Positions 1-8,054 of a DNA stretch of 64,000 bases are shown here, piece by piece. Source of the DNA: a bacterium (GTDB lineage Bacteria; Patescibacteriota; Minisyncoccia; Minisyncoccales; CG1-02-41-26); contig JAUVXX010000002.1 of assembly GCA_030603395.1 (NCBI GenBank), forward strand, positions 79,807 to 143,806. The letters run 5' to 3'. Position 1 is the stretch's first letter. Each line of letters begins with the position of its first letter. Both the position numbers and the translations under genes were made by a program. The notes below the pieces were generated by a model. The model was not told where the DNA came from, made no database searches, and saw only the letters and a program-made list of their open reading frames with translations.

Positions 1-919
1 CCATGGTGGAAAGAGAGTCAACGATGGCCGAATAAGAATTGCCCTGGTAATCAGAAGAAACCAAAGGAGCATCCTCAACCCCCAAAATTCCCCGCAGCTC
101 TTCTCTTCCTGAGGCCTTCTTCAAAAGATAGTTTACCTCTTCGGTGGTGGTCTCTTTTTTAACGGTGCAAACAAAATCAACAATGGAAACAGTGGGAGTT
201 GGCACCCTCAGAGCCATTCCTGCCAACTTGCCTTTCAATTCCGGCAAACACTTCTCAACGGTCTCCGTAGCTCCGGTGGTGGTTGGAATGATATTTAAAG
301 CAGCGGCTCTCGCTCTCCTTAAATCTTTATGGGCTAAATCTAAAATCTTCTGGTCGTTAGTGTAGCTGTGGACTGTTGTCATAAAACCTTTCTCAATTTC
401 AAATTTCTCATCCAAAACTTTAGCCACCGGCGCCAAACAATTGGTAGTGCAAGAACCCATAGAAACAATCTTATCCCTTTTGGGCTCATATTTCTCTTGA
501 TTAACCCCCAAAAGATAGGTTGGAATTTCTCCCGATTTAGAGGGAGCCGAAATAATCACTCTTTTGGAGCCTGCGGCCAAATGCTTTTTCGCCCCTGCCA
601 AATCAGTAAAGTGCCCGGTACATTCCAAGACAATATCAACGTCAAGTTCCTTCCAGGGTAGTTTTTCGGGCTCAGGAGCAGCAAAAACCTTAACTTTGTT
701 GCCCCCCGCCGTGCCATCAATTAAAAGTTCATCTTCGTCAAATTTCACTCTCTTGTCATAAATACCATACAAAGAATCGTATCTCAGAAGATGAGCCAGA
801 GTTTCAGGAGGAGCCAAATCATTAATAGCCACCACCTCAAGCTCCGGATGCTTGTCCAAAATTCTCCGGAAAGTTAACCGACCAATCCGCCCAAAACCAT
901 TGATAGCTATTTTTGTCAT
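1..919 (-). CDS. gap: Type I glyceraldehyde-3-phosphate dehydrogenase (3' end runs off the window; not in the ORF track)
   Basis: Manual translation from ATG at 919 gives MTKIAINGFGRIGR..., catalytic SCTTNCLAP, then TTVHSYTNDQ, RRARAAALNIIPTTTGA and GMALRVPT. Confidence 0.97.
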   Translation of the reverse strand, partial: MTKIAINGFGRIGRLTFRRILDKHPELEVVAINDLAPPETLAHLLRYDSLYGIYDKRVKFDEDELLIDGTAGGNKVKVFAAPEPEKLPWKELDVDIVLECTGHFTDLAGAKKHLAAGSKRVIISAPSKSGEIPTYLLGVNQEKYEPKRDKIVSMGSCTTNCLAPVAKVLDEKFEIEKGFMTTVHSYTNDQKILDLAHKDLRRARAAALNIIPTTTGATETVEKCLPELKGKLAGMALRVPTPTVSIVDFVCTVKKETTTEEVNYLLKKASGREELRGILGVEDAPLVSSDYQGNSYSAIVDSLSTM

Positions 920-923
920 AAAT

Positions 924-1163
924 TTATTCTTTAAGTTTCAAGAGTTTAGTAATTTTTCCTCTATCAAAGCCGGCAATAAACTCCCCATCAATCTCTACTA
1001 CTGGCACTTCCATCTGACCTGACTTTTCAATCATTTCTTTTTGGGCTGCTTCATCTTGCGTAACATCCACCTCCTCAAATTCAATATGGTGCTCTTTCAA
1101 AAATTCCTTTAGAGTCACACAATAAGGACACATCTGGGTGAAAAAAACTCTAACCTTAGCCAT
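924..1163 (-). CDS. Glutaredoxin/NrdH-like redoxin
   Basis: 79 aa with CPYC active site and the SGQMEVPVVEIDG...GFD pattern. Confidence 0.9.
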   Translation of the reverse strand: MAKVRVFFTQMCPYCVTLKEFLKEHHIEFEEVDVTQDEAAQKEMIEKSGQMEVPVVEIDGEFIAGFDRGKITKLLKLKE

Positions 1164-1169
1164 AATTAT

Positions 1170-1877
1170 TTATTGACAACCGCCATCTTCTGGATTTTCT
1201 CCGCTTGGAGATTCAGCCCCAGAAGGTACTTTACAGCCAGTGGCTGCTGCGAAATCTTCAAAAGTTCTTGCTCCTTGATACGGTTCTCCTTTGATAAGAA
1301 TAGTTGGATATCCTTCAACTCCTTTTTCTCTACACAACTCTTCCTCTTCTGTGCATTCAACATAGATGGGTTTTACCATATCAAATCCACCCAACATCTC
1401 CACCAGTTTTTTAGTCCAACCGCACCAATTTGCTCCATAGATAAGAAAATCAGTTTTTTTAAGACAATCTATAAATTCTGTGAGTTCTTCGGGGACTATG
1501 TCTGAAGATTGTGGTTCTTCAGACCCTGAGGTTTGAACAATAGATTCTTCTTTCAAATCAATTCCTTCAGGGAAAAAAAGTTTTCCATCTTTGGTGATAT
1601 AAGAGAAAAATTCCTGGTCCTCTATTTTTACCTTAAACCTATAAAGACCTTGCTCTTCGCTCGGCTCCCCCACCAAACTTGCCGTAATGGTCTGCGGAAG
1701 AAGGTTCTCATTGATATAATCTAATCCAATCTTGGTTGCTTCTTCAACCGAAAGAAAATTAGCCGAGGATTCTCTGTCCGACAGGTTAAACTGAAAATAA
1801 ATTAACCCTCCAGCTAAAATCCCGCAAGCTACCAAAAGTCCTATAATGATTAAGTTTTTATTTTCTAAATTTGCCAT
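1170..1877 (-). CDS. Membrane-anchored thioredoxin-fold protein with atypical CGWT motif
   Basis: N-terminal TM helix; YITKDGKLFF segment like DsbC N-termini; C-terminal YGANWCGWT...YVEC...GYPT thioredoxin-like domain. Confidence 0.7.
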   Translation of the reverse strand: MANLENKNLIIIGLLVACGILAGGLIYFQFNLSDRESSANFLSVEEATKIGLDYINENLLPQTITASLVGEPSEEQGLYRFKVKIEDQEFFSYITKDGKLFFPEGIDLKEESIVQTSGSEEPQSSDIVPEELTEFIDCLKKTDFLIYGANWCGWTKKLVEMLGGFDMVKPIYVECTEEEELCREKGVEGYPTILIKGEPYQGARTFEDFAAATGCKVPSGAESPSGENPEDGGCQ

Positions 1878-1916
1878 AATAGTTTATGTTAGTAAATATT
1901 TTCTATTTTAGCAAGT

Positions 1917-2597
1917 TTAAAGGATTTTCCTGTTTTTTAATTTTAACAATTTATCAAATTTATAGCTTATTATGCCAGCATAAGGCACCTCAACATTAAT
2001 AATGTCCTGGTTGGATATTTTCTCAACATACTTTATCATTGCTCTTAAACTATTATGGCTGGCAACAACCAAGACATTTTTCCCTTTTCGCAAATCTTTC
2101 TCAATATATTTTTTGTAAAAAGGAACAGCCCGCCTATAAACTTCATCTAAACCTTCTCCTCCACCCGGAGGATCATTATTAAAACCCCTCCGCCACAATC
2201 TAACTTTTTCAGGGCCATATTTTTTGATGGTTTTTTCTTTATCCAAGCCCTGCAATTTTCCATAATATCTTTCGTTTAAATTTTCTGAAATATAGACTGG
2301 TAAATAGTTTTTGTGTGTTTCTCTAAAATTCCCCCATTTTTTCATTCTCCCTTCGTCAAGGTGAATAAAAATTGGGTATTTATTATCAATGTAATCTAAA
2401 ATTCTCACCAAGGTGTTTTGATTTCTAAGTAAAGGTGAGGAATAAGCAACATCAATCTTTGATTTAAATATTTTCCGGGCAACCTCTTTCGCTTTTTTAA
2501 TTCCCTCATTGCATAGAGGAACATCAACCCAGCCAGAGAATCGGTTTTCTAAATTCCATTGTGATTTAAGATGTCTTAATAAAATTAATTGAGCCAT
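1917..2597 (-). CDS. gpmA: 2,3-bisphosphoglycerate-dependent phosphoglycerate mutase (divergent)
   Basis: LLRH..SQWNLENRFSGWVDVPL, LNERYYGKLQG, VRLWRR and NSLRA motifs. Confidence 0.88.
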   Translation of the reverse strand: MAQLILLRHLKSQWNLENRFSGWVDVPLCNEGIKKAKEVARKIFKSKIDVAYSSPLLRNQNTLVRILDYIDNKYPIFIHLDEGRMKKWGNFRETHKNYLPVYISENLNERYYGKLQGLDKEKTIKKYGPEKVRLWRRGFNNDPPGGGEGLDEVYRRAVPFYKKYIEKDLRKGKNVLVVASHNSLRAMIKYVEKISNQDIINVEVPYAGIISYKFDKLLKLKNRKIL

Positions 2598-2599
2598 AT

Positions 2600-3838
2600 T
2601 TATTTTCCTTGATTTAGTTCTTCCTCTATTCTCAATAATCTATTGTATTTAGCCACCCTTTCTCCGCGAGAGGGCGCCCCTGCCAAGAGCCAGCCGGCAG
2701 CCAATCCCACCGAAAGGTCAGCTATAAAATCATCACAGGTTTCTCCTCCCCGGTGTTTAACAAAAACCTTCCAGCCATTTTGAACAGCAAGATTGGCCGC
2801 AGCTATCGTTTCAGAAACCGTTCCAATCTGATTAGGTTTTAAAATTAATCCGTTACAGGCCTTTTTAGCTATTGCCTCTTCTATTCTTTGAATATTGGTT
2901 GTTAAAAGGTCGTCTCCAATAATGGTAATTTCTTTGCCAAGCCTTTTGGTAATCTCTTGAAATCCCTGCCAATCTTCTTCAGCAAAAGGGTCCTCAATGG
3001 CCATAATTGGATATTTCTCCAAAATTTCTGCAAAGAACTTTAAAAGTTCTTCTCTGCTCAAGATTCCCTCTTCAAAATGATATTTTCCATTGCGGAAGAA
3101 AGAGGTGGCAGCTACATCAAGAATAATTTCTACCTTGTTTTGATAGCCCGCCTTGTCAATGGCTTCCATAACTAAATCCAAGGCCTCTTTGGTTCTCTTT
3201 AAGGGTGGGGTAAATCCTCCTTCAATTCCTACCTTGGTGGCTGATTGACCATATCTTTTATTTAAAATTAAACCAAGGGTGTGATAAATTTCAGTTCCCA
3301 TACGAAGCTGTTCAGAAAAAGAATCTTCTTGAGAAACAACTATAAACTCCTGAACGTCTAAATCTCCTCTACCGTGAAGCCCGCCCTCCATAAATAAAAT
3401 GCCAGGAACAGGCAAGGCAGGAGTTCTCTTGGCAATTTTTGAAAGCCATTTCCATAAAGGCAGGTTCTTAGCCGCAGCCCCGGCTCTCAAGCATGCCATT
3501 GATACTCCCAAAATGGCATTGGCTCCAAGTTTTGACTTGTTTTCTGTGCCGTCAAGCTCAATCAAAAGTTCGTCAATTTCTTTCTGCTCCGTCGCATCCT
3601 CTCCCTTAAGTTTGGGGGCTAAAATCTTTTCAATATTGGCCACTGCCTTTAAAACTCCTTTACCCAAAAATCTTTTACCGCCATCCCTTAATTCAATCGC
3701 CTCATATTTTCCCCGAGAAACTCCCGAAGGCACTTGAGCCCTAAAAACTCCCTGCTCGGTTTCAACTTCTGCTTCAACCGTGGGCTCTCCTTTTGAGTCC
3801 AAAATTTCCCTGGCTTTAATTTTTTTAATCTTAGACAT
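2600..3838 (-). CDS. eno: Enolase (divergent active-site motifs)
   Basis: AREILDS, ELRDG, LGANAILGVS, IEDPF, GDDL, LKPNQIGT and ERVAKYNRLLRIEE. Confidence 0.92.
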   Translation of the reverse strand: MSKIKKIKAREILDSKGEPTVEAEVETEQGVFRAQVPSGVSRGKYEAIELRDGGKRFLGKGVLKAVANIEKILAPKLKGEDATEQKEIDELLIELDGTENKSKLGANAILGVSMACLRAGAAAKNLPLWKWLSKIAKRTPALPVPGILFMEGGLHGRGDLDVQEFIVVSQEDSFSEQLRMGTEIYHTLGLILNKRYGQSATKVGIEGGFTPPLKRTKEALDLVMEAIDKAGYQNKVEIILDVAATSFFRNGKYHFEEGILSREELLKFFAEILEKYPIMAIEDPFAEEDWQGFQEITKRLGKEITIIGDDLLTTNIQRIEEAIAKKACNGLILKPNQIGTVSETIAAANLAVQNGWKVFVKHRGGETCDDFIADLSVGLAAGWLLAGAPSRGERVAKYNRLLRIEEELNQGK

Positions 3839-4787
3839 TTTTTCTTTGTAAATACTCGTAAGTGGCTAAAGCTGCTCGACAGCCCTCCCCAGCCGCGATG
3901 ATAATTTGCTTCCATCTGCCATCATTAACGTCACCAGCGGCAAAAATGCCTTCGGTTGAGGTTTGACAGGTTTGAAAATCAACCTTTATCTCATCCCTCT
4001 CGTTAAAGTCAACCAGACCCTTCAAGAAACCGGTGGCAGGCACTGAACCGATTTGGACAAAAACTCCATCAATGGGCACCTGAAAGGTTTTGCTGGTTTT
4101 CAGGTCCTGATAAACTATATCTTGAACTTTGTCCTTTCCTTCAATTTTCTTTAGTTCTTTATTTAGATGAACCTGAATTTTTGTTTCTTTTTTTACCTGC
4201 TGTTGTAAAAGTTCGTCAGCTGTTATTTTATTAGACCTCTCAAAGATAAAAATTCTTTTGGCATATTTTGCCAAGTCAATAGCCGCTTCAAAGCCAGCGT
4301 TGCCTCCCCCAACCACCGCCACACTCTTATCTCGGAAGAAGGGGCTGTCGCATATTGAACAGTACGATATTCCCTTGCCGATAAATTCCTTCTCTCCGGG
4401 AATTTCCAAAGGTCTTGGGTCGCGACCCGTAGCTACCAGGACCGCTTTGGTTAAAAACTCCTGTTTGCTTTTCGTTTTGATTGAGAAACGACACGCAGTG
4501 TCGCCCTGAGCGGAGAGAAGGGTCACCTTCCGCACCTTTTCTCCTTCCACAATTTCAATGTCAAATTTCTTCAAATGGTCTTTAAACTTTCCCATCAAGT
4601 CCTGACCAATAATTCCAAAAAATCCCGGATAATTATCAACCCGTCCCGTTTTACCAACCTGCCCTATAAAGTTTCCGGTCAGCAATAAAGTTTTTATTTT
4701 TTTTCTCCCAGCGTAAATACCCGCTGTGATACCAGCGGGCCCTCCACCAATAATGACTAAATCATATAAGCTTGATTTATGATTCAT
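3831..4787 (-). CDS. trxB: Thioredoxin-disulfide reductase
   Basis: IIGGGPAG FAD motif, CSICD redox centre, VVGGGNAG NADPH motif and FAAGD. Confidence 0.92.
   Translation of the reverse strand: MNHKSSLYDLVIIGGGPAGITAGIYAGRKKIKTLLLTGNFIGQVGKTGRVDNYPGFFGIIGQDLMGKFKDHLKKFDIEIVEGEKVRKVTLLSAQGDTACRFSIKTKSKQEFLTKAVLVATGRDPRPLEIPGEKEFIGKGISYCSICDSPFFRDKSVAVVGGGNAGFEAAIDLAKYAKRIFIFERSNKITADELLQQQVKKETKIQVHLNKELKKIEGKDKVQDIVYQDLKTSKTFQVPIDGVFVQIGSVPATGFLKGLVDFNERDEIKVDFQTCQTSTEGIFAAGDVNDGRWKQIIIAAGEGCRAALATYEYLQRKNV
4489..4525. repeat. Palindromic mini-element (family B) inserted in-frame in trxB
   Basis: Hairpin CGACAC-GCA-GTGTCG followed by CCCTGAG..GAAGGGTC; encodes TLLSAQGDTACR; related copy at 28122-28163. 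Confidence 0.6.
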
Positions 4788-4814
4788 GATTTATGATTCA
4801 TGATTCATGATTTT
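4773..4814. repeat. Six tandem TGATT(C/T)A heptamers spanning the nnrD stop and trxB start
   Basis: tgattta tgattca tgattta tgattca tgattca tgatttt, read directly. Confidence 0.9.
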
Positions 4815-5671
4815 ATTGCTTCGGGAATGGCTTCAATCAAGTCGGTGGCCAGCAAGCCAGGTCCAAACTTTTTGGCAGCTATTTCACCGGCTCTACCATT
4901 AATAAAAGCTCCGGCTCCGGCCGCCAAAAATGGCGCTACTCCTTGGGCCAACAAACTCCCGCAAATCCCAGCCAAGGTATCACCCGTTCCTCCGACAGTT
5001 AAATAGAGGGAGCCCGTCTCATTGACCGCCACCTCCTTACCGTCAGAAATGATATCTCTCTTTCCCTTAAGTAAGATAGTACAGCCCAATCTGCCAGCTT
5101 CCCCCTGGACCACTTTCACTTTTTCTTCAAAAGGTAAATCTTTGACGTCTTTTCCGGTTAGAGCAAGAAACTCAAAAGTATGGGGAGTCAGCAAGAAATT
5201 TCTTCCTTTCAAAACTTCGGGATTTTTGGCTACAGCGTGAATTCCATCGGCATCAATTACAGCTTGAATTTTGGACTGCCGCAGATATGCCTTCACCGTT
5301 TCCTTGGTCTCTTCTGACCTGCCCAGTCCCCCACCAATAACCACCGCTGTTTTATCTTTAGCAACCTGCCTAGCTCCCCCTGTCATGGAAATCAAAGTTG
5401 CTAAATCTTCCTTATCCAGCCAGGTTCCTTTTAAGGGGTAAGCCGCTAAATTGGGTGAAAAAGAAGCAATGATGTCAGCGGCTCTCTTAGGAGCCAAAAC
5501 CTGGACCATATCCACCCCGCTCCTGAAAGCCGCCATAGCAGCCAGGGCCGGTGAACCGGAATAAAATTGCCCACCTCCAATCACCAACAAAAGCCCAAAA
5601 TCATATTTGTGCACTCCCGGGGTTCTTTGCGGATAAACCTTTTTTAAAATGTCTTTGGTTATTTTTAACAT
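4805..5671 (-). CDS. nnrD: ADP/ATP-dependent NAD(P)H-hydrate dehydratase (stand-alone YjeF C-domain)
   Basis: HKYDFG.LLVIGG..YSGSP, VIDADG, LLTPH..EF, LLKG and GGTGDTLAG. Confidence 0.92.
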   Translation of the reverse strand: MLKITKDILKKVYPQRTPGVHKYDFGLLLVIGGGQFYSGSPALAAMAAFRSGVDMVQVLAPKRAADIIASFSPNLAAYPLKGTWLDKEDLATLISMTGGARQVAKDKTAVVIGGGLGRSEETKETVKAYLRQSKIQAVIDADGIHAVAKNPEVLKGRNFLLTPHTFEFLALTGKDVKDLPFEEKVKVVQGEAGRLGCTILLKGKRDIISDGKEVAVNETGSLYLTVGGTGDTLAGICGSLLAQGVAPFLAAGAGAFINGRAGEIAAKKFGPGLLATDLIEAIPEAIKS

Positions 5672-5672
5672 A

Positions 5673-5796
5673 AATTTTTAATTTCTAATTTCCAATTTTT
5701 ATTCAATTTCTAATTTTTAATTTTCAAACGTGTTTAGAAATTAAGAATTAAGTCATTAAGAATTCATTAAAAATTAAGAATTAAGAATTAGAAATT
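5673..5796. repeat. Inverted pair of heptamer arrays (AATTTYY ... ARRAATT)
   Basis: Left arm 7-7-7-7-4-7-7-7, right arm 7-7-8-7-4-7-7-7-7; fills the whole nnrD-galU intergenic space. Confidence 0.85.
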
Positions 5797-6667
5797 ATTT
5801 TAGCTTTTTAATAAACTCTCTCAAAACTGGTCCGAATTCCGGATGGCGCAGACAGAGATACAAATTTGACTTCAGCCAGCTGGTCTTATTGCCGCACTCA
5901 AGCCACTCTCCTTCAAGCTCATATCCATAAACTATTTTACCATCTTTTATCATCTTTTTTAAGGCCTCAGCCAAAATTATCTCCCCATTCTCGTTTGGCC
6001 GGGTTTTTCGCAAATAGTCAAAGGCGGTAGAGTTTAAGATATATCTTCCCACAATAGCCAGGTCCGAGGGAGCTTTTTCCAAAGAGGGTTTCTCAATGAT
6101 ATCTTTAATTTTATAAAGACCATGCGCGATTTTCTCAACTCCAACCACTCCGTAAGAAGGGATTTTTTCTTTAGAAACTTTTTTTAAACCAACTACTGGT
6201 TTTTCGGATGTCTTAAAAATTTTTGCCAATTGTAAAATGGCGGGCGTTTTAGATTCAACTATGTCGTCGGGGAAAAGGACGGCTGTCGGCTCTCTTGTCC
6301 CCCTTTTTACTCTCAATAAAGCATCACCATCTCCCCGGGGCTCGGGCTGCAAAGAAGAAGAAAAAGAGAGTTCGGCAAATTCCTCATTGATTCTTTTTAA
6401 TTCTTTCAGTATTTCTTTTTTATTTCTCTTCCTCAGAATTTTTTCAAGTTTCAAATCCTTCTTGAAAAAATCCAAAATCATCTTATTCCTCCCAGAGAGA
6501 ACAAAAACAATACTTGAGATACCAGAAGCTTTAGCTTCTCTCACTGCATAACTTATCAAGGGCTGATCAACCAGGGGCAAAAGTTCCTTAGGTAGGGCTT
6601 TAGTTAAAGGTAAAAACCTGGTACCTAAGCCAGCCGCCAAGATGATGGCTTTTTTGACTTCCTGCAT
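5795..6667 (-). CDS. galU: UTP-glucose-1-phosphate uridylyltransferase
   Basis: KAIILAAGLGTRFLPLTKALPKELLP, IEKP..APSDLAIVGRY and GEI.L motifs. Confidence 0.9.
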   Translation of the reverse strand: MQEVKKAIILAAGLGTRFLPLTKALPKELLPLVDQPLISYAVREAKASGISSIVFVLSGRNKMILDFFKKDLKLEKILRKRNKKEILKELKRINEEFAELSFSSSLQPEPRGDGDALLRVKRGTREPTAVLFPDDIVESKTPAILQLAKIFKTSEKPVVGLKKVSKEKIPSYGVVGVEKIAHGLYKIKDIIEKPSLEKAPSDLAIVGRYILNSTAFDYLRKTRPNENGEIILAEALKKMIKDGKIVYGYELEGEWLECGNKTSWLKSNLYLCLRHPEFGPVLREFIKKLK

Positions 6668-6670
6668 ATT

Positions 6671-7942
6671 CTACCTAAATTTTTTCCTTAAAAATGAGGG
6701 AATTTCCCATTGGGTTTCTCGTTCTCGCTCTCTCTCCTCTGCTTCCTTTTCAGCCTTCTTTATTTCCAGGCCGGTTCTGCGAATCTTGCCTTTCACTAAG
6801 TCCCCGGTGCGGGGCTTAACTTTCTTACCTTTACTCACAGGAGTGGATACCGTAACTTTCACTAACTTTGCTTTCTTTTTTTGTGTTGCTTCAGCTTTAG
6901 GAGAAACAGTCGCAGCCTTCTTCTCTTCCTTTACTTCCTTTACCTCCTGCGAACTTTTCCCTACTTGCAAAAGAGTAATCTTAAATTTTCTGGCATACTT
7001 TGAATTTTGAGAAATGCCAAAGATAATTTTCGCCTTGGGATTGAGCTCAGAAATCGCCCGGCTTGCCTCTTCAACTTCCTTCAATCCTAAATCCTTTCCT
7101 CCGCAAATATTAAACAAAATTCTTTTAGGGGACTCCTGCTGGGAATTTTGCTCAGCAAAAAGGGGATTCTCAAAAACTTCCTTAATTGCCTCCTCCACCC
7201 GATTAGGACCCTGCCCCAAACCCTGGCCAAAATAAATCACCCGCCCTCTTCCCTTCAAAATCGTCCGCAGGTCAGCGAAATCAATGTTAATCAGTCCAGG
7301 GGTCGAAATCATCTCAATTAAATCTTTCAAATAGTCAATCAAAACCTGATTCAATAAAGATAAGGCCCTTTTCAGGGGAGTTTTTTTGTCGCAGAGCCTA
7401 AAGATTTTCTCATTGGCTAAGGCAGCCGTACCGGATAAACTCTCTCTCAGGTCCTTGAGGGTGCTTTTAGCAAGACGCATTCTTTTTTCACCCTCAAAAC
7501 TGAAAGGTAGAATAAAAATCCCCAGAGCAATATTTTTTTGATTCTGGGCGGCTTCGGCAAAAACCAAGGAAGCTCCAGAACTCACTCCCCCTCCTAAAGA
7601 AGCTACCAGAACAGAAAGGTCCTGTCCTTTAAAAATCTTCTCTATTTTCTCTCTTTGCTTTTCAGCAGCTCTTTTTCCCAAATCAACGTTCATCCCTGTT
7701 CCTAAGCCATAGGTTAAATCTTCTCCAAACTGAAAAGTCCTCACCCCTCTGGGAATTTTCTTGAAAGTCCTTTGGTCCGTATCAGCAACCAAAAAACTCA
7801 CTCCCTTCAAACTCTTGGCCATCTCAGAAACAATGGAGCCACCCCCACCGCCAACACCAACCACCCTTATTTTTATCCTGCGAGGTCTCAGCGAGGACTC
7901 TGGTTTCTTTATCTTTATCTTTTTCTTAATCTTTTTGGACAT
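6671..7942 (-). CDS. ftsZ: Divergent FtsZ-family protein
   Basis: VVGVGGGGG, PFSFEG, GLINIDFADL (T7 loop) and C-terminal WEIPSFLRKK; tubulin signature altered to GGGVSSG. Start moved to ATG 7942 because the ORF-track start lies in the repeat. Confidence 0.85.
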   Translation of the reverse strand: MSKKIKKKIKIKKPESSLRPRRIKIRVVGVGGGGGSIVSEMAKSLKGVSFLVADTDQRTFKKIPRGVRTFQFGEDLTYGLGTGMNVDLGKRAAEKQREKIEKIFKGQDLSVLVASLGGGVSSGASLVFAEAAQNQKNIALGIFILPFSFEGEKRMRLAKSTLKDLRESLSGTAALANEKIFRLCDKKTPLKRALSLLNQVLIDYLKDLIEMISTPGLINIDFADLRTILKGRGRVIYFGQGLGQGPNRVEEAIKEVFENPLFAEQNSQQESPKRILFNICGGKDLGLKEVEEASRAISELNPKAKIIFGISQNSKYARKFKITLLQVGKSSQEVKEVKEEKKAATVSPKAEATQKKKAKLVKVTVSTPVSKGKKVKPRTGDLVKGKIRRTGLEIKKAEKEAEERERERETQWEIPSFLRKKFR

Positions 7943-7945
7943 TAA

Positions 7946-8054
7946 AAATCCAAATGACAAAATCCAAATGACAAAAATACTTTTTTATTTGACATTTAAA
8001 CATTTGACATTGATTTGACATTGATTTGACATTTGACATTTGGGCTTTGGATTT
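7946..8054. repeat. Inverted heptamer arrays (AATGACA/AAATCCA ... TGACATT/TGGATTT)
   Basis: Right arm: tgacatt taaacatt tgacatt gatt tgacatt gatt tgacatt tgacatt tgggctt tggattt; short inverted left arm. Confidence 0.85.

Noticed and set aside
144..761. Plus-strand ORFs at 144-761, and most other short ORFs in the track
   Set aside because: They are antisense or off-frame shadows of well-supported genes (here gap) and have no motifs.
5673..8054. Heptamer arrays as CRISPR arrays
   Set aside because: The units are 7 nt with no unique spacers, and there are no cas genes in the window.
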